From the NCBI RefSeq assembly GCF_009914755.1, contig NC_060938.1: a stretch of DNA of 64,000 bases. One strand, written 5' to 3'. Numbering within the stretch: position 1 is the stretch's first letter; each line of letters starts with the position of its first letter. The notes under the pieces are model-generated. The model was not told the DNA's origin. It searched no databases and was given only the letters and a program-made list of their open reading frames with translations. This DNA is from the human T2T-CHM13v2.0 reference genome, Homo sapiens. The position numbers and the translations under genes are program-made. Shown in pieces: positions 13,401-27,202 of the stretch.

Positions 13401-14334
13401 GGGCCAAAAGTGCCTAAACATGAGTGAAGTTTCAGGAAAGGAGAAGACAGCAAGGCTGACAGGCTTGCCCACTTTATATTTTTGGCTAGGATTTGTGATT
13501 GATTCTTACAAAAGTAATATATTTTAGTCATTATTTAAGGCTGTGATTACATGGATTAGTGACATCAATACATTTAATTTAATTATTTATTTAATTTGCT
13601 AATGTTTTTATAATCACATTGCCTCACTGTTTAGATGAATGGGTGATTTGCCTCATCAGTTAGCCATGGGTGTGCCTTCTGGTGACCTGGGTGTAAGTGC
13701 ACATGGCAATAGTGTGGCCTTTTTAGACCACACAGTGAATCATTTTTTCTTTGCATTTTATTTTGTAAAATGTAAATAATGATGAGCCTCTTCTGGGACT
13801 GAGACTAAGATTCCCAGCAGCAGTAAATACCAGCAACAGTGGCAATTTCCACTTAAAAAAACCCCACAAGGTTAGCCCATGGTCTTAACTTCATTGGTAA
13901 ACATAGCACCTAATGTCCAAGGCAAGCAGAAAGCTTGATGATTCATCTGCCTTAGCCACCCAACCAGCTAAATTGTATATTTTCCAAGAGTCATATCTAT
14001 TTTTAAGAAATTATTTTGTATACAGTTGAAATATTGCAGAATGAAATAAAGTTGTTGTTTGAGTTGTTGGGAAGGTTTATTATAGAACATTTCCAAAAAG
14101 CATTCTGTAGAATTTGTTGAGGATAAAATGATTGTAAAGGTTTGGGAAAGTATATAAAAGTATGAAAAAATAAATCACCTAAAGGATTCTACACTTTTCT
14201 TTCTAAGTATTTTTAATTTCTTACTTCATTTTAAGGGAACATAAAATTATATTTATCAAAAATAGGGAAGAGTTGTGGGTTAAGCAGAAAAATGATGAGA
14301 AATTCCAACCAGGAGCTCTCCTCTACTGCCCATA

Positions 14335-14833
14335 GTAGTAGCAGACACTGTTGACGCTTCATGCTCCATCCACAGCTTTTCTGTGATCACCTGCACTTTC
14401 AGTAGACAGTGCCCAGCAGCTTTATAGCTTGCCATGCCACACACATGCATTCCTTTGACTCTGCCTGAGGATTTCTCTTAGAGATACAGAAGCTTGCTCA
14501 GTCCAGTGCCAAGGCCACCTAAAGCGCTAGGGGTTTAATGCTCCCAGGTAAAACTCTGATTCAATGAGGCATGGACATCAATGAATAAATATATAGCCAG
14601 CTTTCTATTTTTTTTTAAGGGTAGTTTTGAAATACCACACAGTTCCTCAGAGAATTTCAAATGTGATTGAATTTCAGTTTCCATAGCTAAACCTACACCT
14701 TGATGACTTTTCTCCCCTTCTCTAAATCTTCTTCCCTACTTTATTCATTGTGCTTTCTTGGAGCACTTTCAAATAAGCCACTTGTACTTTATCCTTATTT
14801 CAGTGTGTGCTTTGTGGGGAGCACAAAATAGGA
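14335..14833 (+). mobile_element. ERVL LTR16-like solo LTR
   Basis: tagcagacactgttg start; 3' end cactttcaaataagccacttgtactttatccttatttcagtgtgtgctttgtggggagcacaaaatagga. Confidence 0.65.
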
Positions 14834-15049
14834 TACCCACCAAAGAAAAAGTTTGGCCATATATGAAAATATCTACAGATAAATCTGTTAATGTATTCAT
14901 TTCTTTCTCCATGTCTGTCTGTCCTGTAAATTGTTTAAGACAATTTCTTACCTTAACTGATTTCTTAGAGTAAATGATCAACTTCTAGTGCCAATCATGT
15001 TGGATAAGGTTTTGTTCAAAGGCTTTGTGGGATTCAGATGGTCAAAATG

Positions 15050-15245
15050 ACTAAATACTCTGGTTCTGAATTCTTATCCCAGCCCTGCTATTCTTAGGAA
15101 ATATAATTTTGGACAAATTATTTATCCTTTCTGGACCCAATTTATATTTGTAAAATGGAAAATAAGTAATGATTGGCTCTAGTTATTAGTTTGTGTTATC
15201 ATGAAGGTTAAATTGGCTAATGCATGCAAAAATACTAGTACTATT
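15050..15245 (+). mobile_element. MIR SINE
   Basis: aatttggacaaattatttatcctttctggacc...tttgtaaaatggaaaataagtaat...gaaggttaaattggctaatgcatgcaaaa. Confidence 0.7.
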
Positions 15246-17420
15246 TAGTTTGTAAATTGCAGAGAGTAGATTGCTAGTTTTGACTTTTGAAGATGCCTTG
15301 AGCCTCCCAAAATGCATATTGACTTACATATACCAGATGGATCTTTCAGAGCCTGTGTACATGTCATAGCATTTTAGGACAGCAATCAGCTTTAAATTCT
15401 AGGGAGACATTTGATTAAAAACACCCGATGAAATGAATGTCTGTGGGCAATTAATTATATTCTCTTTTTGAAATCTAACAGGATATTGTGGGATGGCCCC
15501 TGATAGGCCTAAAATTCATTCTTCTTTCCTTTTTTTCCCCTCTTTTTTAAACCCTCTCATTCTATATTTTATTTTCTGGTCAGTGTGAGAGTCAATATAT
15601 TTGACTTCCTTCTCAACTTCTAGGTTTTATAATTTACTGACATAGAATTTGATAAGTGTATTTGTTGTAGTTTTGTTTTTTAAAACTATGCATAAACAAC
15701 ATGAGACATTCATTTCGTTTGGCTAGTGAATCTCTGCTGTTGGTTTAAACCAAGTATAATCACCAGCACACCCAATTTAGCTCCAAGTCTCTGCAAACTT
15801 TTGGATATTGTGCTGAGCAGATTTAGTGCAAATTCTATAGCGTGCTGTTTTTTATGTCATATGAACATTTTCTATGGGATCCTCAGACTTATTTCAAAAT
15901 GATGATGTCCTTGATCTCAAGGTATCTCAAATGAAGAGAACTTTTATGGATTAACATATAAAAGAATGTGGTTATATAAAGCCGAAAAAGCCACCATCTA
16001 TTTTGGATGAGGCATTTATAGCTCATTTTATGCAAGCACTGATAGGAAAGTGCTAAAGTACAAGCACTAATCCAGGAGTGGTTTTGCTGCATAGTAGAAA
16101 TGTGCTAGTGAGAAAAAAATTAGGGGCAGAAAGATTAGCTTGCTTTCTTTTGTATTTCTTAGTCATAGAAACCTGTATTAAGAAAACAGATTTCAGGAGC
16201 CTTTGAACAAGAAGAGAGAGGAAGAATGACATAACTGAACAAGAGAGATGGCGAGCAGAGTTTCCTGAATGCTGTGAGCAGAACAATTGGACAGATGAGG
16301 GAAGTCTGTGACAATCCAGTGGAATCACGCAGTGTGTTTAAGTAAAGCTCCCTTTGCTCAAAATAAATTTTAAAAGGAAATTAAATTCTAACCACGTCTT
16401 AGGCATAAAATGACCCTCTTTTCTTATCTAGCCTCATTCTCTGAAGGTATACAAGAATGTTTCAGGTACCTGCAAAACCGAAAGAGCCGACTATACTTTC
16501 CTTATCTATTACATGTTGATTTTTACACAAAAATAAGAAAAGAAAGCCTTCAAATTATCACAACATTTCAGTTAGTAGATTTTGATAGTCCTTGGGTGGG
16601 ATATTTGGGAACAGAAAATAGACAGTTTTTCTTCAGGACGATTACAGCCCAGAGCAGCTAAGTTCTTTTCAAAATTTCAAAATGCTGGATTGCTTTAGGT
16701 AAGTTATCTAAGCTACCAATTATGTTTTAAATGTAATAAAAGCCAATCCTTCTACTCTTGGAGGCAGAGATGCTATAGCTTGTTTAAAAGTTCTTGCCTT
16801 ATTAACGAATGCTAATTATGAGTAATGGAAGTCAAATTAGTTTTCATTTCTTGAATAGCTGTACTGTATTTGCAAAGAATTTTAGAGAAATTGAATTAAT
16901 TTAAGTTTGTTTTAATTATAATTTGTTTTCATAACAGCCAACTGACAGGTGATACTTGCACTTGCTTGAATTACATCCACAGTTAATGTTTTCATGTTTG
17001 TAGCTGTATAAATTATTTTAGCTCAATGACAATATTTAGTCATAAAATAAAACATATAAATACTTTTAAAACAGACTGAAGTTGTTTATTCCCTAAATAG
17101 ATTATTACCTATTGGGCATGCACTTAACATCTGTGATATCTAATATAAAATCCAAATTACCTTGAATACTACTGCTACATTTCATAAAGAGCTTACATTT
17201 TCCTCTTGTGAATCAGATTGTCTCATTTAACAAATAAAAATAAAGAATGCCACTATATTTTCCCCTACCTCACTGTTCCTTCAATTGTTATGTTATATAT
17301 ATTTACTTTCAAAAGTGGTAGAACCTTAAAAAAAAAAGGAAATTTACTTTTCTGGTCAACTCACCATAAAGCTACCCGGGGGTAGATATGCCTTATCCTA
17401 GATTTAAAAATAGAGTCTCT

Positions 17421-17536
17421 CTTTGGGAGGCCCAGGTGGGAGGATGGCTTGAGCCCAGGAGTCTGAGGTTATAATAAGCTATGATCACACCTCTGCACTC
17501 CAGCCTGGATGACAAAATTAATTAAAATAACAATAA
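17421..17536 (+). mobile_element. 5'-truncated Alu monomer (FRAM/AluJ right-arm-like)
   Basis: tttgggaggcccaggtgggaggatggcttgagcccaggag...gctatgatcacacctctgcactccagcctgg; TSD agagtctctc at 17412-17421 and 17537-17546. Confidence 0.85.
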
Positions 17537-20500
17537 AGAGTCTCTCCTTGGATACACTATGAATGCTTATAGATCTAGTTCCAGCTCTATTCAGGTGAAA
17601 TGCAGTGGGGAAAGCAGAAAGAAGTGTAATTATCATGAGGGCATATTACATGCTTAGAACTAGTAATCTGAAAGGTACTTTGCTTCTTTTTAAACTCCCC
17701 TGGAAGCAGCGTCTCATGGAAAGAAAAAATGAAACCTTAGATTATAGAAATTAGAGGGAGATACCTGGTTAGAGATTGTGGGATAAATCAACACTCATCT
17801 TCCTTGAAGTTTAAGTAGTATTTCTGGGGTGTCTAGGTGTTTTTCTCAATCAACATTTAATGTTTAACCCATTTCTATACCAAACTGGAAGATGCTTACA
17901 AAGACTCAATCTTCATCAGGGGACTCTAACTGATTTCTAATTCTAGTACTGTATAATAAAATCGCAATTCTGTCACATATTAACTATATGACCTTGGGTG
18001 GGCCTTGACTTACTAATCTATGATACTAGACTTGATTAATTTATTTTTAACTAGAGTTAACACTTCTTGCTGAATTAGAGTCTCAACATGAATGAGTTTT
18101 TCAGATGAATTACATTGACATTTATATCAACTTATCTTTGGGATCTCTTTTTGTTTTTTTCATGTCATTATTTCATCTACCCATTTTAAGATGTTACCTT
18201 GATCAGATGTGGGAATACAGAGTTGATAAAAATGTGAAATTTGCTTTTCCCACAGAGTAGATATTTGGCATGTAATAGCTCTAATAAGCACTTCTGAAAA
18301 CTTTGTCCTCCTCCATCTTCTTCTTTTCCTCCTTCATCTTCTCTTGTTTGTTTAACTTCATACTCCTAAATAAGAGATTACCAGCAGGTCAGTTGATTTT
18401 ATTATTTTTTGCTAAATGTTTATTTACTTATATATTTTTTGTTAGTTTTCCCTGACAAGTAGGAAAGGAGCTCAAATGGAGCTCCTGCTACAGGAGTTTT
18501 CTCTTTTGCTTATTGGATCTTTCTTTTGAAAACATTTCATTTCGATCCCTAAATACATTTCAAAATAATACTACATAAAAGAAATTGTAAACCATTAACT
18601 GGATAGGCATGTAATATATAAATTCATTACCTATAGACCTGGTATAGTGTATAATACTTTGACTCCAGATGTATACAATATTGCTTAGTAATTGGACATA
18701 AACAATTTTTGGAATACTTACAATAGCCAAATAAAAGACATTTCTTATTTCTAATATTGTTTCATTATTTTAAACAGATGGTATATGATAGCATGAAATT
18801 CTTTTTCTAGGAGTGCTACTTTCCGATCTCAAATGGCTGTTAACAAAATATTTCTTATTATTCCTTAGAAGATAGTTTTAGTCTCACTCTCCCTGAAGTT
18901 TGCTTCTGGCACCTGCAGTGAACATCAAGAATATGTGTTTTTTGAAGACAAGAAATTGATCTCATCAGTCTATGCTGTGGCTCACTGCAGGGTCCTTACT
19001 TACAGGGTTGGCTAGACACATTCCCCTATCCATGTGAACACCAGGCTTCAAGAATTCCTGTCTGAGCAGCATTTGACTTTCTCCAGAAGAAGGAGTGGAT
19101 AATGTTTAAGGACAAGAATAATGGAATCATGATTAACAGTGGATTACTTTAATGAATGAAAACAAAACTTCCTGGAGAAGAGATTTTAATAATGTTTTTG
19201 TTTCTAAGTTTCTAAGGCATTTCAGAAATATTAGTGGCACAGCCACTTCCTAGTGAGAATTGTCTTCCCAATAAATGCTCTCTACCCCCTCCATAAAGGC
19301 ACAGCCCACGGGTTTTATTATCAACTTAATTTCATGAAATATAACAATGTTTAAAATTGTCAAATTTTTTTGTCCACATGTTTTTCCAGGTCTATCAGAA
19401 TCTTATTTCATTTGAGACAAAAATATGTCTCAAATATATGGCTGTTTCATTAGGGAAAAAAAGGCAATATATTATCATTTTTGGATTTCTTTATGATTGC
19501 AAAATTGAATAGAGAGCTGAAATTATAATCTGGGAATTCTGCCAAAATCCTATTCTTGAGACAAATATTTGGGACCTGAGTTATCCCTATTGGTTGCCTT
19601 TATTGCTCACATTCATTTCACAACTACTTTTCTGCCATATCATTTTTCTTGAATTGATGTATACTTAAAGACACTCTTATGGCAGATAAATGTTTCTTTC
19701 TTAGTAGCTAGCTTTCAGACGTAGTACTATGTGCTTACACATTCACCTAAAAGCCCATTTATGAAAATAGGCATTCATAATACATTGGACTACCAGTTTT
19801 TTTTTCTTTCTTTTTTTAATGCTACTGCATGTCAATGGGATATTTACTTTGCTGGAAAAGGTTCTTGAATACTATTGAAGTTTTATCAGTTTCTGTCTGA
19901 CAAGAAATAGCTTGGGTTGCCTATGAATGGAATGGGCCAATAACCTAGATAAACATCAGATAATATGTGAGCCCTTAAGACACTTTTGAGATATGATAAA
20001 ACATGTCAAGGTATGAAGGGAAACTATCTCAGTAACCTTCGAACCACAGAGTATTAGTTTTGAAAGATTAATCTTAATAGATTTTGAATCAATTTATGCC
20101 ATTTGAACACACAATGAGACAGGAAGATGCTTCTCTGTTCTATTTATACTTCCTGAAGGTTAACTTTCAAAATGTGTGTGTACTTTGCATTTGGAGAGCT
20201 GTCAGATGATTTTTAAGACTAAAAAACAGATTAGATTTTGGGATTGTATTTCCTATCCCCACAGAGAGTTTACAGTTGAGCAGAAAGTTGAGTTTTATAT
20301 GTAAAAGTGAAATAAATTTTACGTTTTTATTTAATAGCTTTTGGAAAGGTAAGTAACACAGATTGCATTAGCTAAGCCACAGGTAGAAAAATAATTCTTT
20401 AAAGTATTTAAATATATCTTAAAAATGCTATACTCCCACATTACATTGGGTGTACAATTTAAAATACATGATTTTTAAGTCATGAAAAATATTCTGGGGC

Positions 20501-21779
20501 ACATATTTTTACAGAAATTCTTGAGTTCAGCTTGTATGTTTTATGCATGAACACTTGCAGTGGCAAGCCAAAATGACTTATTAGAAAGGGTGAATTTTCT
20601 GTAAGCACCTGAGCATTTGGGTGATCTATGTTTTTGGAACAGCACTAGCTTAACTAGATGTGAGAGGGTTAGATATTTTGGGAAGTAGGGTCATTAGCAT
20701 AATGTGGGTTCTTCTGAAGCAGGGGGAATGTAGGTGATCTAAACGCAATCAAGGTCACGAAGCAGCAGCTGATGTTCAAGTCAGCTAACATTCTTTTTGA
20801 TTTAGGCCACCTTGATAGAAGGATTTTTTTTTTTCTTTCAAAATGTGTGTAATGATGCTAAGTCCATTACCAGATTATATAAGGAAAGCGATCATTATAC
20901 TAGCAAATATGCCTTTGTAGAGCCTATCCTGTGAATGTTTGTGATTTCACACATATGCAATTAAGATAGCAAATAAGCCAGTTTAAAGAAAAGGCAAATT
21001 CACTGTCACAGTATGAAGTCAATCTTTTTAGTTCCTAAAATTTCTTTCTAAGCAATGATCCTTAATGACAGTGGATAAGATGTTGTCTTTCCTAAGAGAG
21101 AAGCAGTGACAAGATGAGATGGCTATGGCATGATTTGTGATATTTTCTTTCAGGAGCTTTTATAGTTAATAAATAAACCTAATTATAACTCACCCACAAG
21201 AAATTCTGACAATATAAAGTTGACGACTGCTAAAACTCAGCAGGTTTGTAATGTTTTCCAGCAGCTATTTTGGGCTACTTTATGAAGGGTGTGAAACGAA
21301 GATCAGTCAATCAAATCAGGGTGACATTCATTTATAAGACTTGTGAGAAGACTAAAGATAAGGTTTAAAGTGCAGTTCAATTATAAAACTGATTCAGAGA
21401 AACGATGTGGGCTAGCCTATTCATTTTCACTCCTTGTCCTCTAGGTCAGACGTGGTTTGATGTGTAAGTCCAAAGCTGCAATTTGCAATTTAAAGAATTA
21501 CTAATAGAAAATCACAAAGAGTGGAAAATCCCAGTTTTTCACCTCTGCCCTCTGACATCATCGTGAGAAAAACATAATTTATGCCATTACCTTAAGATAA
21601 TATTGCATGATTACATCTGAGGCTCATACAAAAATTAAAGATTGATGTAGATATAATATTTGAAAGAGGGGTTCAAAAGTTCCTTGAAGCCTGTCTCAGG
21701 TTTATAAAATTTGCTTTAGAGGAAACTCAGCTGTAGGCTATTCTCTAATTTTTTTGTTTTTTTACCTGAAATAGTTTAT

Positions 21780-21990
21780 CTGTAATTCCACACAATTTTA
21801 TTTCTACACCCATATCAATTCTTTGAGCCTTTTCTCATAGATCCTCTTTCCCAATCATTTCCATTGCTCTACTCTGGGCACATTCCAAGGTTTCCACAAC
21901 TCTCTTAGTAGTACAGGCACAAGCACCAATAAGGATCTTTTTAGGAGCCAAGCTGAATGGAATCCCACTTGTTTTTCCCTCTGTTGCAAC
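21780..21990 (-). mobile_element. Possible CR1/L3 relic
   Basis: ttccattgctctactctgggcacattccaaggtttccacaactctctt resembles antisense CR1 RT 3' sequence; very degenerate. Confidence 0.35.
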
Positions 21991-23244
21991 AACTCTGTGG
22001 GACTGCCAAGGAGAAAATAAATATTTGTTACTTTTGGTAATGAAAAAAGTATGTGTGACTCAGCAGCACATGGGGAGCAGATGTGTTGAGTAAGAGGCCA
22101 CTCCTGTGCAACAGACCTGTCACTAAGTGAGGCTATAAATAGAGAAAAATTAGGAGAGAATAAACTGCATCTCTGATTCGGCTCAATCGCGTTTAAACTA
22201 GAATTACTAAAGTTTTTGTTTCTGATGTAAGAACAATTCTGCTCTGTATAGATGTCTGGTCAACATGTGCTTAAATGAGCCAGGCAGTCCCTCCACCCCT
22301 ACCACCCCACACACAGGCAGTCTGAACAATGGGAGTCCTGGGGATGTTGAAACACATAGAAGTTCAAAGAGTGGATATCTTGCTCTAGAAATTGCTGGAT
22401 TGGCCTGATTATGTTGACCATCTCTACCTTTTTTGTCCTAGCAGGTGAGAGCTGAAATTTTACCTTGGACTTGCCTGGGTGTTTTTCACAGGGGAGGGTA
22501 CTGAGCTCCCAGTTGGTAAAGTAAATGCTTGTAAAAGACATGTTCTACTGGATCAAAGTCAGCCCTAGAAAGTTGGCCACATCTCTTCCCAGATAAAATT
22601 GTTCAGCCTGGGGGTTGGTAAGAAGTGGATTTGGATTAATAAATAACTCTAAGAAATCAAATGTGTAGAGTTTACTAAAGAGCTACCACTTGGACAGTAA
22701 GTATCCTTTTTGCAGGTGTGAATTTCCTAGAAATAATTCACTTGCAATTTTGCAATATGACTTTTTCAAGCTCATATTAATACTTTGATACTTACATCAG
22801 GGAAATTCAATGGAAAATATCTGCTCCTGTGTCTCATAATTTGCCAGATATATTATCTGTACATATAACGATGGACTAAAAAGAAGGCAGGGCAATTCTA
22901 ATGGTTCTAGGACAAAGCCAACTATATTATCATCTCTTGAAGTCTAGAAGCCAGCCTTAGTCATCTGTGCATATGACAAAACAATATAATATTGTCTAGA
23001 ATATAATCTATGCTCACTGTATATTTGTAGGATGACATAAACAATTCTCTCATAACTACCTACCATTAGAATGAGATTTTGACACTCTCTCCCAAAACCT
23101 AATTCTGGAATGTTATTGTCTCAAGACAATTCTTGGTTGCTTCCCAAGGAAGTTCTCCTTAGACCTATAACTTGAAAGGAAAAAAACTGAGAAGGATGAA
23201 TATTAAAATGATATTTTGTTATGGTATCTCATAAGGTATGTTAG

Positions 23245-23544
<300 letters not shown>

Positions 23545-26315
23545 CCTCATAAGGTATGTTCTTTTACTTCAAAATAAAAAATAGTATTAAATGAAATAGC
23601 TGTGGTGACTACATTGCAATGGAACATATTCACTGTCTGAAGCCAATCAGTAATGGAAACATTACTTTGATATCTATACTGCAATAAAAAATTGACAATT
23701 TTTTTCTACATACCACATACAAAATGCTGATTAACTCTCATGTTATTTAGGTAGGAGTCTCCGCTCCAAGGCAGAATTGATTAGAGTGGCATTCTTTGCT
23801 TCTGCCCTCCCCTCTCCTCCTGCTTTTTTCTTTGTTACTTGATTGCCAAGACTGCTTGTTCACTGAAAATTACACTTGTTTGAGAATGCCTTACTGATAG
23901 ACATAGCAGGAACAGATAATTTGCAGAATCACTTAACTAAACTGCATTGCAAAGAAATCTAGCAGCCAACTTTTGTCAATGGCAGACACCTGAGTTATTA
24001 TCCTAGGAAGAATTCTTGCTCCTCAGGCCTGTGAATGATAGGCGTTTTATAAGCTGTTTATCCAAATGCTATAAAGCTAAGGTCAATAAACCTTTGGGTG
24101 AACTACAGTCAAGAAAAATTTTATTTTCATGTACTTCATGGAAATCAAAACAAAAAAAATACTCATTCTTTATAAAAGCAAGTTTCCCTTCTTATGTTTT
24201 ACTGGTTTTATAGTCCCCAATTTTTCAATCCCCTTCCAATATCTTGAGTTAACTTCCAATCTCCCAGAACCTCACTCTTCTTTCCTCTCTCTTTCCTCAT
24301 TTATCATAGACACCAAACTATCCTAAATGAATATCTCTTTCTCATAATTTAATAGACAATTCCACTGGCCTTACTTACAAATACCATTTTTTCTTATTAC
24401 ATGGAAAAATAATAATAGGTCTCTCATTGAGTAATAATACAAAATATTTATCCATGTACAAATTACTTACATGCAGTATGGAAACACATTCCACCATAAT
24501 TATTGCTTATTGACATAAAATGTCAGTTCCAAATCCAAAGTTTCACCTGCAATTTTAATGGTTGTTTTAGTTTTCTCTTAAGAATAAATACCCTGTCTCC
24601 TCACTGCTTCATTCTTAGCTCAGTTTTATTTTCAGGTGTTAATCTATTACTGAACCTTGCTGACATATTCACATGTGCTCTCTGATACCCCCATATTCTG
24701 TGGTACATAATATGTGACAACACCAGTTCCCCATCTGTCTTCTGTCTCTTCCCAAACCAAGCCTTGCTCATGTTAAAAATTCTATAACTGTCATCATCTT
24801 GGAAATGTCATGACATTCATGGATCAATAAAATCTTTTCCCAGGGAGAATGAGAAATATATGAAAAGAGCTTACTAAATACTAACAATTTCCTTTAGAGG
24901 TTCAATGAATGAGTAAGAAATCTGTGTGAGAATAATTTCAGGAAGGGGGTGTTGGATGAATGCAGAAAGGGACTGAGAAGGCGGGTTATAGGAGTGAGAA
25001 TATGGGGAGAAAGGGAGTTCAATTTCAGTTGCCTGCAAGACTTCTTCATCTTAGAGATTATTTTCCTTAAGGAAGTGCACGTGAAAGGATGAAGAAAGTG
25101 CAGAGGCTCTTTCTTCATCAGGGACTGTGAAGTGCAGAGGCTCCTCAGTGGCCATCACGTCTCTGCAGTTTACTAGGCCATACCGAGATATAATGAGGTG
25201 CTTTGTATGCGCTGTGCATGAGAGAGAAAATCAGCTCACCAAATGACTTTTTTTTGTGGGTAATGACTTACAGTCAGGGGGCAGTTTTGTGAATCTGAGG
25301 GAACATAAGGATTCTGGAAGGAGTGCTATGTGTCCAGGGAATGGAATAGAAAACAAAAAAGGATTTTGATGTTCGTACTCTGAATGTCACCCTAGAGCAA
25401 ATAAAGAAGGGGAAGAATTGTGTTATAAAGGCTGTGACATCAGAAGGATGAGCAAAGCAATTTTACAGTTATAGTTAGAAAATCATTAAATGCTGATGTT
25501 TAATAGGTAGCTGAAATGAAGAAGGTAAGCAGAATGTCAAGGTCCTTTTAAAGAGCTTAAAGATTACAAAACAAATAAAAGGTTCTGGCAGCTTCTCAGA
25601 CACTTGCAGGCTGGAGAATTCACAGAGCAACAAGGTATATGGGTTTTTCTCTTTTCCTTTCCTTGAACTCAAACAAAATGTGAACAAAAAGGGTGCAAGT
25701 GTGTGCAGCAACAGTGTGTCAAATGTGCCTGATGAGATCTTTTAAATTGACACATTTTCTGGACTCAAAATGAAGTATTTTAGCTTATTACTTTCTGTGA
25801 ATTTCAATACAAACAATTCAGTTAGATGTGTTTTGTCGAAGAAGTAAAAAAGAGTTAAGGTCAATCAAAGTCATAAGGTAGTTCTAAAATTCAACAAGAT
25901 TTTCTCCAAGAGGCTAAGTTAATATCTTTTACTTATGTGCTAAACATTATGAAATACATACTCTCCTACTTATATATTATTGATTAATGATATATAACAA
26001 ATTAATTTTTAGAGTAGGAAAGAAGTTACAAAACTAATAATCGAACTAAAATTAACTTTGATTTTCTCAGGGTAACATAAATATAGATACAAATTTTGCT
26101 TTTCTATCATATGGTAAGTGGCAGTATTTTTATTTTGGAAGAGGGTCTAAAATTTGTAAGTTTTGAAATTTATGTCAATGGAAAGGCTATATCCTATCCC
26201 TTGTTTCTTTTTTAAAAATAAAACTGTAAGAAATTATTGCTTAATTTTATTTGAAGCAATAAGTTATAAATGAGAATATGTTTATAATTTTATGTAAGAC
26301 AGAGGCACTTAACTT

Positions 26316-26830
26316 TGTTAGGTACTTTGGCATATTTTGCCTCTTGATTAATCTGGGAACTACATTTCCAGAATCCCCTTCTGCTTATGAGTCTGGTTAA
26401 GAATTGGCAAAAAAAGGAACTTATGCAAAGTTGGGAAGGTGGAGGTTAAATGCTCTGAACGTGGGTGTGAAACTCTCCAAAGGTCATTCTGTGGTTAAAT
26501 GTCCTTGCAGACAGACACAGGGGGGCCGGCTAAGTTGTAGCTTGTCTTTTCTTTCTCCTGCTAACTGAGCAGGTCTTTTCAATTATTGTCCCCATTAACT
26601 AACAGGGTGGGTCCATGGCTACTACCACATGTATAGCTGTGGACTCATGGAGGTGATAACTATACAAAATACACAAGTTCTCATAGATTTCCCCATAACC
26701 TTCCCCTTGGTGGACCCACTCATGCTTAGAAGTACTTGGCTTAGCAGACTGTTTTGTTAGTGACTCTCTGTGAACCTCTGTCTCCCATATCCAGTCTTTA
26801 CTTCTCCAGGTTCTCCCACAATTGTGGATT
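26316..26830 (-). mobile_element. ERVL solo LTR (LTR41/LTR33-like)
   Basis: gggaactacatttccagaatccccttctg...gaattggcaaaaaaaggaacttatgcaaagttgggaaggtggagg; ends near ttctcccacaattgtg. Confidence 0.55.
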
Positions 26831-26962
26831 ATATATTTGAAAATAAGGTGACCAATATTTGCTTTATTTGAGTCTGAATAAACGTAGACATTTTATTAGC
26901 ATGTAGATATTTTCTGTATCATTTGCCATTTTTAGTCTATATTTTAATTTCTCCATCTATCT

Positions 26963-27202
26963 CAAAGTACTTTGTGATTCTAAATGGCTGTACACCAAGA
27001 TCTTCTTACAGATCGTTTCGTTCACCAAGTTTGTGGCTTTTACTACAATATATGTAGAACTGGATATTTAGAATATCATTAAAACAAAGTACTTTGTGAT
27101 TCTAAATGGCTATACACCAAGATCTTCTTACAGATAGTTTTGTTCACCAAGTTTGTGGCTTTTACTACAATATATGTAGAATTGGATATTTAAAATATCA
27201 TT
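26963..27202. repeat. Two-copy tandem duplication, 118-bp unit with an AAAA spacer
   Basis: Copies at 26963-27080 and 27085-27202 differ at 5 positions. Confidence 0.97.

Noticed and set aside
16163-16345. Purine-rich exon-like segment after a strong acceptor (tttcttttgtatttcttag)
   Set aside because: It has stops in all three frames and no good donor; at most a non-coding exon, and unsupported
26963-27202. Direct repeats considered as a CRISPR-like array
   Set aside because: There are only two long copies with no unique spacers, in human DNA
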